A stretch of 64,000 nucleotides of DNA from Hyphochytrium catenoides. Taxonomy: Eukaryota; Protista; Hyphochytriomycota. The translations under genes were made by a program, and so were the position numbers. This document shows, piece by piece, positions 26,467 through 41,200 of the stretch; the first letter of the stretch is position 1, and each line of letters starts with the position of its first letter. Below the pieces are notes generated by a model, which did no database searches, was not told the DNA's origin, and worked only from the letters and a program-made list of their open reading frames with translations. The stretch spans positions 5,267 through 69,266 of the forward strand of contig FLMG01002416.1 of the NCBI GenBank assembly GCA_900088475.1, given 5' to 3'.

Positions 26467-28235
26467 GGGATACTGGCGCTCTATTGCAGAGCGTCCGGAC
26501 CCGACAGCAGCTGCAGCCGGAGGACTTGGAGGCCAGGAACAAGTCCGGCCGAACACCACTTCTCTTGGCCTGCAAGCATGGCCATCCTGATCTCGCCATC
26601 CAGCTCATTAGGCTGGGCGCTGATGTCAATGCCGCAGAGGATCTGCGGCCAGAGGAAAAGCGAAAGCCCACGGGGAACACCATCTTGCACTACGCGTGCA
26701 AGCTACGCAGTTCCTCGCTTGTGGATCTTCTGCTTGATAAAGGCGCCAATCCATTCGTTTGGAACTCTACAGGCACGTCTGCGCTGGACGTGGCGCGTAT
26801 GGTGAAGAACTGGGAGGTTGCCCTCGTTCTACGACGGCGACTGGCGGTGATGCGCGGCTGGGTCCAGGTGGACTACCATCCTTTGCTTAGTAGAGAACAT
26901 CAAGAGGGAGGAGGCGTGGAGAGGAAGGGGCTCGTCGTGGGCAGCAGCGGGTGGCAGGGCAAACAGTTCTGTCTCGTGCTACAGAGCGGCTGCCCTGACG
27001 CCCTCGAGCTTCTCTTCTTTGACTCTGAGAGCGCAGCGGGAGAAGCGACCCTCCTCCGCACCTTTCACGTCAACTCGATCGTGCCTCCGCAGCTGCTTAC
27101 ACTGCGTCGAGCCTCTTCTTCCTCATCTAAGCAGGACAGGGGACCCAAGGAACAACCGAAAGGAAGAAAGGCAGTCCGCATAGAGGTGGGGGAGTGGGCT
27201 CTGCGGCCGATGAAGAACGGTAAACTGATGGTGATGACAGACAGAACGGAGACGAGGGCCAGTGGAGCGCTGACTCTGTTGTTTGATGACCGCAGAGAGA
27301 CAGAGAGGTGGTTTAACTTCTTCAAAGAGGAGGCAAAGCAGGCCGCAGCTCGACCTCTTTCCTCTTCTCTTCACGTCGGTATTAACCTCTCTTCCCACTC
27401 TTCAGTTCTCTCTGCGCCCGTCAGCGCAGCTGCTCCACGCTACTGTCGGGTCTGCAAAGGAGGTAAGACAAAGTCGTCAGGGCAGCCATGCCAGAGCTGC
27501 AGAAGCCGCCGTTCTCATCATCAGCCTCGTCGCCCCTCAGACTTCTACCAGTCGAGAGGCCGAGAAAGTTCCTCGACTCTTTCTCCTCGCCGAGCACATG
27601 GCCAAGCAGCGAAAGGAGAGCTTTCCGGTGACGTCCATCCACCAGGCTCAAACGCTGCTTTCTTAGCTGGAGAGACAGAGGAACCAGAGCCAGAGAGCAC
27701 GCCCTTTCCTTTCGATGTCTCTGCCTTCCAACCAAAACAAATGAAGGAGGAGGAGCTGATGCAGCTTGCCATTGAGAGGAGTCTGCCCTCTGTAGAGAAA
27801 GGGCAGCAGGTAGTCGACACCCCGCCTCTAGGACCTCCACCAATGATGCCCCTGGCGAAGAAGCTAGACGACGAGCATTACACAGGCGCAGGAGGCGGAC
27901 CACAGGCGATAATGAAGACGGTGTCAGGGGGTCCTGCGGCCCTTTCCGTCCATGGAGCGGAGGAAGAAGAGGCTAAAGCTGGAATGGTCACTCGAAAAGA
28001 GAGCAAGCCAGATGTGAGGCGGAGTGAGAAGGCGGCCGGAGAAGAGGGAGAGATTCTGTTCCAGGGAGGAGAGGAGTGTTTGGTGTGCTTCGGAGCCTTC
28101 AGGACCGGTATCTGCGTGCCTTGCGGGCATAATGTCGCGTGTATGGACTGTCTGACGGAGGTCAAACAGTCGAACGGGTTGTGTCCCTATTGCCGTCAGG
28201 AGATCCGAGAAGCCATCCGCCTTTACAAGGTCTGA
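26467..28235 (+). CDS. Ankyrin-repeat / PH-like / UIM / RING-HC E3 ubiquitin ligase (XBAT34/35-like), copy 1; start hidden in gap 26374-26466
   Basis: SGRTPLLLACKHGHPDLA, GNTILHYAC, GANPF; UIM-like EEELMQLAIERSL; RING CLVCFGAFRTGICVPCGHNVACMDCL..CPYCRQEIREAIRLYKV. Intronless. Confidence 0.9.
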
Positions 28236-29037
28236 CGACATCCTAGTACCAGCGGAAAGGGGAAAGGGAGAGAGAATTGGTGAAGGGGAAGAAGGGTTGT
28301 CAAATTTGAGGAGAAGAACGAGAAACTTAGGAGCCGCCCATCCTTGGTACCGCACGCTTTGACTGCTGGAGCAGGGATACGCTTCTTCATGATCCTGAGA
28401 AAAATAGGGCTGAAGGAGCCATGGCGACAGAAGGCTTAGAAGCGGAAGACGAAGGGAGACGGAAGGGAAAGTAAAAAGAGAGAGAGACAGACGGAGAGAC
28501 GACGAAATAAAGAGAGAGAGCCACAGCTATACCTCCCATCGTCGGAGCAAGGCGGAGATGGCTCTGAAGGGCATCTCTTTATAAGTGTACTATAGGTCGT
28601 TGTATAGTGTGTGTCCTAGTGGCGGCTATCCCCAGGTGCCTGACGCGAGGGATTGTGAATGGCTAAGCTATATAAATCTATGGCCTGAACCAGCAGAGAC
28701 GCCTCCTGCAAACTAATGTGACCTGATCACTGTGCAGCTCACTAGTGTCAATATAACTGCGTTTATAATGTGTACTGGCACACACACGGGAGAAGAGGCC
28801 CCTGTTGAAGCTAACGTTATGTGCCTTCCTTCACCCTCCTGGTACTAACACTGCTGCATATAATGCAGCAGGTGCGGTAGGAGCACTGGCAAATGGTTCC
28901 AGTGACCCTGTTTCTGACTTGTCCCCAGCATGGCGAGGGAGCAAAACATTGGGCACCTGCGCCCATTTTATAGAGAGAATTAGGAGAGGATGCAAGGTGG
29001 CTGGTCGCACCCTTCTCTCCTCTGTTCTCCGATCGGC

Positions 29038-32000
29038 TTATCTCCTCCTGATTGTGGCCTGTAAGTCCTTCACTCTTGCGAGAATCTCCTCCACCTTCCT
29101 CTCACAGACATCCAGCTGAACGTCGTGGGACGCCTATGAGGAAAAACCAATGATACGAGGAGATTCATGAGTTAGCAAGGTACAGCTTCTCTTTTCTTTC
29201 TGCTAGTCCTTCAATGTCACGGGTGCACTGTCCCTTGCGTTCATCCGTCCAGTTAGCCTCGATGGTGATGCTTCCATTTCTATTCCTGTTCTCTGATAGG
29301 CTAGACTTCAAAACGTTCTGTACCTGCTTTCTGAGAATGAGCTGCAGCGTCTGCTCAAGGAGCTGCGAAGGCTCATCAGAGGCGTTGGAGGCTCCACTTG
29401 CCGACCGCCGATTACCTAGCACATAAGCTTTGTGTCAGTTGCTTGGTTAAGCCTCTTTTTAACCTTATGGAACTCGAGAAGTAGACATGACAGTGAGATA
29501 GGTTGGGACCGAGCGCTGCGTAGCTAAGCCTTACGTGCAGTATGGAAAAACCTCCATGGAGATGGGGTGGCCCTCGGCACCGGCCTAGGGATCGGAGGTG
29601 AAGAACCGTAGAAAGATTTCTCCGGGAGCTTCCGGAGGTTGAGGCCGAAGGACCAGCAAGGGGGGGCGCATATGTGAATGCATACGTTAGGTGGCGATTG
29701 AATAGGGGAACGGAGGTCCAGGAAGACAATTAGTATGTGAGAAAGACAGTGCGAGAAAGAACCAGATATGAACTATTAAGAAATCGAGGTGAGGAGACTG
29801 TTATTCACAAGGGAAATGCCGCAAGACAGAGTGGCAGTCGGCAATACTGAGAATAGGACATCCATTCAGCGTCAACATCGACTTGCAAAGCACCTGAGGC
29901 TCATCCACTGGTGCTCCATTCTGCGGACCAGTCAGAGCTTCCTCGGGCTTAGAGTAGCCTTCTTTGCCTAGGAGATATCCACCTGTTAGTGGCTAGTCCA
30001 GTCAAGGCAATAGTATTGAGACAGGTCCACAAGGAGACGAGACGGTGGTTGTGGAATGAGCGAGAGAGAGAACGGATGGGGCAGAAAAAAAATAACGGTG
30101 TTAGAGCACACAGAAGCGTGTTTAGTCTCACTCGCGTCAGGAGAGAGGCTTGAGAACTCTCTTTCTAGTATGTGAGCCAGCAGCTCACTCTGCTCTCTTT
30201 CCTTCTCATTTTCTTCATCTATCAGCATCTCGACAAAGCCACTAGACACTATGCCCGCAGGTATACAGAAAATTATGCTGCCCAACACGGCGACTAGACA
30301 GCCGAAGGCCTTCCCGGCGGGAGTTATTGGCACCATGTCTCCATACCTTAGATGTTTGAAGAGAGCGGTCAAGTTAGAAACGAGGGAGAAGAGCAACACA
30401 CGTAGTAGAACCTTAAGGCGTCGTTGGCTCCTGAGCGAGATGAAGAAGAAGTAAGCATGTGACAGACAGTAGAAGTGTCATGGGAAAGAGACAAACAGGC
30501 GCCTTAGGGACACTCACCCTACGGAGGTAATGGTAACCACTGTCCACCACGCGCTTGCAGGCACGGAAGAGAAAACATCGGGCTGCTCATTGTGCTCAAT
30601 GAAGAATCTAGGAAGTGACAAAGCGAGGAGATATATTAGCGTACTCCTAGGAGTGTTGAAAACATAAGGTTAACATGGTTCACACTGATCGCAGTGAAGC
30701 TGCATGGAGCCAGTTCTTGTCCGTTCATGGTATGCAGATACTCACATGATGGTAGAACAGAGGATGATGCACAGGGCCAGGAGGTACACGAGGATAGCCA
30801 ACTCGCCCTATCGAAGAACGAACTTGCATTAGAAAGCTAGCGGGATGGTGATAAGGCAAACATCTCAGAATCCAGGATTTTGGAACAAGCGGTGTCGGCT
30901 TGCAGTATGGACAAAGCAGGAGAGAGTGAAGCAGGAGAGAGAGAGATGAAAATCTATGGTTCAAGGTAGGTCTTTAGGAAGGAAGGCAGCTAGCCTTAAG
31001 AGTGACGTATAGATATCATAGATATCAGCCCGCCGCCAGTATCTAGCATTCAATGACAGCAGCTCTAGTGGCTGACAGCTAGAGTAAGCGTTAACATAAC
31101 AGTAAGCGTCCACCGCCTACCCTTTTCTTTGTGAAGACCTTCTTCAAACTGATGAAGGCACGATATTGGCCCTCAAGTCTAAGAAGAGATATAAACCGCA
31201 GAAGCCGGACCACCCGGATCGTCATCGCGCCGCGGTAGCCCACATCAGGCTCACTTGAGATAGACGATGAAGACGGAAAGCGGGTCACGAAGTGTCTCGG
31301 TGCAACGTGCAATGCTTGGGACAGAGGGATGCCTATAGACCTTTGTACCTGTTGCTTGACATGTTTTCGTAGACATCCAGGTAGAAAGGGAGAAGACAGA
31401 CGAAGTCTAAAACCGGTCCGGGCGTCACCATCCAGCGCAGTCTGGCGAGCAAAGAGCGCTGAGACTCCACTGCTGTACCTGTACGCCACGATGTGCTCCC
31501 TTTGCCATGCGGTCCCTCCCTCCAACCTGCCTAATGCCCTTCGCTGCCCCACTTTTTCCCTTCACACCGTTATTTGCCGTTATTGCTATTGGATGCTCTC
31601 TCAAGTGCATCGGATCACCCAGTCGCGCAGTCACTTCACAGGTTTAAAAGATTGCAACATCCCTCGTCTGTGCCTTACCTGCCCATCGAACCTTGATAGC
31701 GCTTGTCTGCCACACAGGACCATAGTCGGAGCAGGTACTCTATAGTGAACACGGCGGTAGAGAAGAGGAGAAAAAAGAAGTACCAGCTGCCCAAGAGCTC
31801 TGGACGGAAGAGGTGACAAGGGCAGAGAGACAGAGACCGAGAGTTAGACAAAGAGGAAGTGTACAAAGCTTAGGGCTTGCTGCCTATCGATTCCGAAACG
31901 CCGGTCCGTTGTTACCTGTCTCGCTTCGAGAAGGGTCGTAAGAGCAGAGCATGACAAGGATAACGTTGCTGATGATGAGGATGAGTATAAGAGTCTCCAC

Positions 32001-32256
32001 TGCTTTAGACCATCGCGACCACTTTGAGCCACTTTTCTCATCGTGAATAAAGTGCATCACTAGCCACGTGATGTCCCGGAAGCTTAGCGAAGCCTTGTCC
32101 AGGTCTTTGGGTAGGGTAGATCGAGTGTACCTAGAAACTCCATTTAGTCAGAAAAGACGTTGCGGCGTGCTTAGAGAGGTGCTCTCACCCTTCATTCTGC
32201 CGTCCCTCCTTCAGCTTGCGACTGCTCTGAAGAAGCGGTAACTCCTCGTGATTCAT
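29038..32256 (-). CDS. Six-TM voltage-gated-type potassium channel (about 12 exons)
   Basis: S2 FSTAVFTIEYLLRLWS; S3 VLDFVCLLPFYL; S4 IRVVRLLRFISLLRL; pore VFSSVPASAWWTVVTITSV|GYGDMVPITPAGK; S6 IFCIPAGIVSSGF; coiled-coil tail ending LQATIRRR*. Confidence 0.9.
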
Positions 32257-32930
32257 CTTGTCCTTTGCCTATGAACGTTAAGAAGGCTAGCTCCACCAAG
32301 ACCTCGGGACATCAACAAACGTGCAATATCCTCACCCTTCGGGAGTGAGTGTCGGCCAGGCTGAGGCCCCACTGGAGCTCACGCAGTACGCGCTAGCGTT
32401 ATGATGATTGCATGTCCTCTTGCCGATGCCCTCTCAACAGTCATGCTGGTCCACCTGCCAGGCAGGCATCGCACTCTTCTCTCTCACCTTCTCCCAACAT
32501 CACTCCGCTTCTGACAGTAGGAACTTTGCTGCAGCTCTTGCTGCTATTGCTTCTTATCTTGGATATCAGTAATCGAGTCTCGATAACTAGAGATTGATAC
32601 ATCAAAGGTTTGGCGCTTGGCGCGAACTGTGACGCTTGAAAAGCATGAAGAGCAACCGAGCGATAAATTGCAGGATTGGGACACCTTGAGAAAGAGCAGA
32701 TCGTACTCGGCTCGCAAGTGGTTATTAGGAGGTGTTCCCGCTGCTTCACCTAAGCGCGGGAGAACATTTCTACCTGCGCAACTGTCCACATACGCCCACC
32801 GCACACTGAAGGATGATGAGACCTACGAAGCGCTACGAAGCGCTACTCTTGGACGATACCAAACCAAACAGGCCAATATTCCTAGGATGAGCATATAAGA
32901 TACGCGCAACTGCCGCTTTGGGGTGGTGAT

Positions 32931-34975
<2,045 letters not shown>

Positions 34976-34985
34976 TGAAGTAGCT

Positions 34986-35940
34986 TTAATGGACTGGAGT
35001 CACGGTCATTGCCAAAAAGGCATGCGGCCTACTTTTGCTCTGTTCCAGAACCAAAACTCTAGAAAATCTGCCCTTGAGGAGGAGGTACTCTTCTTGCCGT
35101 TGACTAATGAGGTTGGTGTCAAAGGCCTCGAGCCGCACATGCGCTACTTGGCTCTTGCGTAGAACTCCCAACGTAAAACCCTGTTGTACGAGCAGCTTCG
35201 ATAGCTGGTTGTGTCGGGGCCCTATAAAAGCTAGGATGGCGGCGAGTGCAACTATGAAAACCTGAGTCCGGTATGAAGACTGCGCGGAGTCGCAAACGTG
35301 ATAAGTGTCATCCAGTCTATTGTGCACACTAGCGTAGGATAGACACGGGAAAGTTGGAGACCAATGTGGCGCAGGCGACACAGCAAAATGCCCGAGGTCT
35401 AGTGCAGCTGGAGCACCATGATTCACGGATACTTCGTTGTGGCATTCAGGAAAGACTTGCCTCCCGATGTCGTAGATTGGAGGCTTCTGCGGCCCTGGGG
35501 CAAAGACGATGGTGAGTTTTTTTATACCCTTAAGCAATAGACAAACCTTCCTTACTTGTAGGTACTTTCACTAAGACATCTTGCTCTTGGCCCCTCTTGA
35601 CCTCCAGACGAAAGTGCAGCTCCATGAGTAGGTTTGGAATTGAGAGTGTATCAATTAGTACCTGACCAAGGAGCATACGCAACTGAAAGTTGCCCGTGTT
35701 TGAGGTTTCAGCGTACTCGGTCTCCGCGAGCTCTCCTAGCAACCAGAGGTCCATATACACCCTTTCTTTTGCCAGTGGCACGGTCACATTACCCTTCGGC
35801 GGTCCCAGCGTTGCATTGCAGTGGAACTCTCCGAAAATCATAATCGAGCCTCCTGCATTCACCTCTACTTCGAAGCGAGGGAAGCTAACGCTCGGGCTGC
35901 CATACATAAGCACTAGCGATAACAGGATCATATGTGCCAT
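34986..35940 (-). CDS. Uncharacterised protein with signal peptide and single C-terminal TM (type-I membrane-like)
   Basis: ORFs 35530-35997 and 34986-35537 join in frame through a 37-nt GT-AG intron (35565-35529). N-terminus MAHMILLSLVLMYGSPSVS; TM QVFIVALAAILAFIG. Confidence 0.55.
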
Positions 35941-36602
35941 CCATGATGAGTGAGTTCTGTAGCAAAGTCTTCTGGAAGCCGAAGTGCTATCCACCATGAT
36001 TCAAGCGCTACTAGCTCGATCTATAACCCTTCTCAATATTATATGTCCAGAGCATTCCCTTGGCCCACGAGGAATAAACAAGTGCTCTGTCTTTTCAAGC
36101 TGCTTGAGCTCCATGGGCCAAAACGAACCCGTCTACCTGTCGGCGAAACTTTGTAAATGGCTGGGAGATTCCCTATCTACTTATGGCACAGCGCCCGCCA
36201 AGTCCAATGCACGCAGCGAGAAGAGGCTAGTGCAGGTGACAATACATCTATTATCTTTTCAATTGCGTTCAGAGATATCAAAGGGGCCGCGGGATTGATT
36301 TGGAGCGGAAACGTAAATCAGCAGAAGGCAATAGCGACAGTTCTAAACTAATCAGAAATGGTGGCGGCGGGTGAAGGGCTCTCCTCTCCGATAACGAAGG
36401 CATTAAGGTGGACTAACGAAGAACATAGCCAAGAAACAACTTCATTATTTACAGTATGGCGCGCAGAGCCTGCCGCTTTACAGTGATTACTATTACAATA
36501 GACAGCAGCTGTGTCCCGATCGATCTCGATAAAGGAGGACCAAGCCGCCAACACGGGCGGTATTCCCTATTGCCACCAACTCAAAGCCCTCCCTCCCCTT
36601 AT

Positions 36603-38225
36603 TTAAACCTTGTACAGTCGGATAGCTTCCCGGATCTCCTGTCGGCAGTAGGGGCAAAGCCCATGGGCCTCCTTGACCTCTATCAAGCACTCCACGCAAG
36701 CTACATTGTGTCCACATGGTACACAAATCCCGGTCCTCGATGCCTCGAAGCATACGAGACACTCATCTGAGTCGTCCTTGTCTTTTTGCTCCTGACTTTG
36801 GGGCTGGTTTCCAGCATCTTTCAGCACCGCTGCAGGAGGTGCCGAAGGCTCCGCATTCTCGGTAGGTCGTGGGGATGCCCGATTATTTGCATCCGCCACT
36901 CCTTCTAAGCGTACGTGAAGATGTGCAGCGCTGATGGCTAGGCCCGCTCCATCTGCAGCGATATCAGTTGACAGGCTCCTTTCAATGGCAAGACGCACCA
37001 ACTCATCCTCGTCTAAATCGCCAGGTTGAAATATAGAGACGTTCCTTGGCGCACTGGGGTCTGGATGGCTCCCTATCTCCGCCACTACACCTTCGCTAAT
37101 ATCCTGATGCAGGGGGCCCAACGGGGCGGACGGGATAACGCTTGGGCTTCTTTCTATGGGTCTCCCAGAAGTAGGCACCACCTGAACCTCATCTATGTCC
37201 GGGGAGGTGATAAGAGGAGCCCCGCAGAACTTGCAAAAGGCATCTGATAAGCCGGCTTCCACTGTGCACAGGGGGCACCGCCGCCCTGCTCCAGAAGATG
37301 TGGAGCCAGTGGCTGTGCTCGATGAGTTGGACCCTATGTTGATAAAGAGGGGTCTGGAAGCGGCGGCTGTAGCTTCATGCTTGAAAAACTCTAGCCATTG
37401 CTGAGTGTCTTGAGACGTGTCGCAGCTGATTGTCACAGCCGCACTCGCTTTCGTCCGGGTACGGTCGGTGACCAGGTCCTCATGATGTTTGATCCATTCC
37501 CCCACTTCTAGTCGTATTCCATCCTTGCACTGCGGTGACGAGCCTGACAGCCAAGACGACTGCTCTCTGATCAACTCAGGAGGATGGACAAAATTAACGT
37601 GAAACGTCCGGACGAGCGAGGGCTCTCCAACCGTGATCTTGGTATCGAAGAACACTATTTCAAGGATATCTGGACACCCACTCTGCAACACCATGCAGTA
37701 CTTCCGTTTCCAGCTGTTGCCTCCAAAATCAAACCCGAGCATCTTGTTCCAAAGTGATTTCGAGCTTACCAAGACCCACCCTTCCTTCACTACCAGCCTT
37801 TGCTGTAAGACACTAGCCACTTCCCAGTTCTTACTGTGCCGCGCGACATCTAGCGCTGAAGCGCCGCGAGAGTTCCATATAAATGGATTAGCCCCTTTCT
37901 CCATAAGAGCACTTACTAGAGAGACATTCCGGAGTTTGCATGCATAGTGAAGAACCGAGTTGCCGCTCGCCTTCTTCCTTTCCGGCATCCACTCCTCGAC
38001 AGCATTCACATTGGAACCGAGCTTGATGAGGTGAATCGCGAGGTCTGGGTGACCATGTTTGCAAGCCAGTAAAAGCGGCGTGCGGCCAGACCTATTCTTG
38101 GCCTCTAGATCTTCAACACGAAGTTCATGCCGCCTAGCTGCAATTTGCATCACCACGCTGATGTCTCCATTCGTGGCGGCCTTGATTAGCCTCTCTCCGA
38201 CTGAGGCGCTGGACGAATTGCCCAT
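36603..38225 (-). CDS. Ankyrin / PH-like / zinc-ribbon / UIM / RING-HC E3 ligase (XBAT34/35-like), copy 2; ORF is open further to 38522
   Basis: Paralogue of 26467-28235, sharing SGRTPLLLACKHGHPDLAI, LQSGCPD, LAIERSL and the ending GLCPYCRQEIREAIRLYKV. Likely start is MGNSSSAS at 38225. Intronless. Confidence 0.9.
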   Translation of the reverse strand: MGNSSSASVGERLIKAATNGDISVVMQIAARRHELRVEDLEAKNRSGRTPLLLACKHGHPDLAIHLIKLGSNVNAVEEWMPERKKASGNSVLHYACKLRNVSLVSALMEKGANPFIWNSRGASALDVARHSKNWEVASVLQQRLVVKEGWVLVSSKSLWNKMLGFDFGGNSWKRKYCMVLQSGCPDILEIVFFDTKITVGEPSLVRTFHVNFVHPPELIREQSSWLSGSSPQCKDGIRLEVGEWIKHHEDLVTDRTRTKASAAVTISCDTSQDTQQWLEFFKHEATAAASRPLFINIGSNSSSTATGSTSSGAGRRCPLCTVEAGLSDAFCKFCGAPLITSPDIDEVQVVPTSGRPIERSPSVIPSAPLGPLHQDISEGVVAEIGSHPDPSAPRNVSIFQPGDLDEDELVRLAIERSLSTDIAADGAGLAISAAHLHVRLEGVADANNRASPRPTENAEPSAPPAAVLKDAGNQPQSQEQKDKDDSDECLVCFEASRTGICVPCGHNVACVECLIEVKEAHGLCPYCRQEIREAIRLYKV

Positions 38226-41200
38226 CAGCAAAGCGGATAAAGGTAGACTGGCTTGTTCCAATGACTGATACAATGCGGGCAGGACCCTCTCCTCTACAAA
38301 TTTAGCAAGCTTTGTACTCAACCAGCTCAATGCGTAGACCGATGCAATGCCCACCCAAGCCTTGAGGTTGTCCTTGTTGTCACAGCGACGGCGGCGATAA
38401 TCTCTGCCCCTTTCCTCTCCTTCGTTCTCCGAGTCTCGTCTACGCCTATTAGGTCTCCTCGAGCCTGCACTACGGCCCAGCGTGAGGCTCAGAGTACCGT
38501 CATCGCCAATATCCAGCTGCATTTATAAGCTCAAAGCTCTGCTGCGGATCTTCACAATGTCAACCCTCGTCTCTTGATTCAGCGCTGTCTTTTCTTGTAG
38601 TCGTTCTGCCCAGGGACTCTTGTACCATTTGCTTGTCCTTCTGAGAAGTGTAATTTTGGGCAGTGCTTGTTCTGGCTTCATCCTTCGTACCCCACCCTCC
38701 TACAGTGTGCAGTAAGTACAGACCTCACAAGGTCTTGTTTCGACACACTTCAGTCTAGATAGGAACGACAAGATCATATCTCGCTCTGAGGTCTGATGAG
38801 AGGGAAAGAGGATCAAGGGATGCCTCTGTCTCAAGGTATCTACGTGGTGCTGTGCTATGTGGAGAAATAAGGGCTCTGCGTACTCTGGTATAGTGAGGGT
38901 TCTCCCTACTGTAGACAAGGTATTTCTTTACGACAGGGAAAACCCCATCGCTTCTGACCTGGGGACAGTCGGCGGGTGTACTTTCTAAAAGAATGAGCAA
39001 AGAAGGGTGTCACGTGTTTCGAGGGATGTCGCACACCCCCCTAACCTTGGCCCGCCTTGGTTGTGACATTTACCTTCACTTCACTGTTACAAGTATAGAC
39101 TCATTATATCGGAGTACCTCTATCTCTTCTCTCATTCTGTGTCACACTCTCTGTACCAGAGAGTCCGAGATCACTGTCTGCAAGCCCCAGATCTTCCCCA
39201 TGACATTTCTTGATTTATCGAGCCATTGCTTGTTCAAGAGTGGTGACTAGCTACTAATAATAGTACAAGTAGAACTTTACGGAGGAGGAGGTAGTAAACT
39301 GCCCACCATTTGATGAGGAACAGGAAGAAGATATAAAGAAGAAGAAGAAGAGCAACAACAAGGCAGCAGCAGAAGTTCATCCCCCCAGTCATCACCACCT
39401 ACCTAGTACAGGTAGAGCAGGCAGGCCAGGGGAGGCTGTTGACAGGAAGAAAGCGGTTGCGAGGGCGCGATTATTCAACCCTTTCTTCCTCATCACCAAG
39501 GTTGTGAGAAGAGAAGAAGATCTTGATGATTCACCTCCTCTCGAACAGCAACAAGAAGAAAAATAGTAGTAGTAATAGCAGCAGGGACGGCGGCGGCATA
39601 TACTTGTTGAGGAGAAGTAAGGAGGAGAAGGAAGGGAGGAAGAAAGAAAAGAGAGAGCGAGGAGGAGAAGAGCAGATTGAGGAGCGGCGACGAAGAAGGC
39701 GCCTTCTCCTTTAGTAGAGCCAAAGACGCCTGACCGATGATGAATGCCGAAAGAAGTGTACCTCGCTTTATAACGTTACACAGTTGTTGTTATTGGCCCT
39801 CTCTCTATCTCTATATCCTAGAATAGAGGAGCATCCAATTGCCGATCAACTTATTATTATTAGCGCTTCCATGTTGCTTGTTATTATTTTTTTTTCTTAA
39901 TCAGAGTCCTCTCTTCGCCGCTCTTTATTATCATCATGCTGCTGCTGCTGTCAAGAAGACTTGCTTCTTCAGTCGACAATGGCTTTCGCCCTTTTCAAGA
40001 CGCGCGTAGCTCGCCGCTGACATCCATTTTGCTGCTTCTTAGTTGTTCTTACGACAAAGCTCCTCCTTTGAGAGTGCAGAAGAATAAATGCTTCCTTTGT
40101 CTAAATCGGCTTGCCAAACCACCGTCGTAATGAAGGCTAGGGGGCTGCATAAGCAGCTCAGTACACAATCCCATCGTCCTCATCTTTGTCTTATTTAGCC
40201 ACGCAAATCCGCGCTCGTCGGCGGTACGAACAGAAGAGACGGAAGAAGAAGTGGTGTCGGCGGTCTAAAGATTTCACATTCTTGGTGGCCATAATGTGCC
40301 ACTATACTGGCTGGCTTCAAAATCCTTCAGTCTTTATTAGTAAAGAGCGAGTGCACCGAAGAGTCAAAGGCCTTTATAGTGATAATAGTCTTTCCAGTAG
40401 CCGATGATGGCCACGGACTAGAAAAGCTATAAGTAGCGATGTAATGATGTGGACGACTCACCGCCCGCTCGCCGATAACATTAAAGCAATGGATACACTC
40501 AAGATTGGCTTGCGACAAGAAGGCAAGACTACTCGTACTTGTAAGATAGTGGTTGCTTCAGCAGGCAGGAAAGCGTGTGCAAGGAAGAAAGCGGCCTCAA
40601 AGAATCAAGTCCCTCGAAAGAAGAAGTGGACATTATCTTCAACATTTTCGAGTCGAAGCTCTGTTTCGTGACCTTTCACATGATGGTCTTATTATAACAC
40701 TCTCCCCTCCCCCCCATCACACGTCGTTAGAAACACGACAAGCAGCCTTCTACATAAACGTGCCAACAAAAGAGAGAAGGGAACTCTATGAAGCTGCGAT
40801 CTCACCCTAGTAATAATGCCGCAAATGTAAACGTTGTTCAGATCTCCTGTTCGAGTATCTGTAACCTTTTTCCAGCTTTACGTATTTATTAGCCGTTTGA
40901 CAGAAGGGTTCAAAGCCCCTTTGTACGCTTGTGGAACAGCGACGACGACGATCTGACTAGATCTCCGCCAGCTGGCAAGGCGGAATGCTAACTAAATACT
41001 AGGCTGGAAGAACAACTACGGAGCAGTACTTTTCTTCGTGTTATTTGCTTCACCCAAGCTTTATTGAAGGGAACCAGAAGCTGGTATGAGAAGAAGAAAC
41101 ACTGAAGGAACGCAAGCTTAGTAACGTCTGTCAGCGTTCAAGCGAACTACAGTACGAGTAATAAAGCTTCCCATTGGTTTATAGAATGGATCAAACGTCT

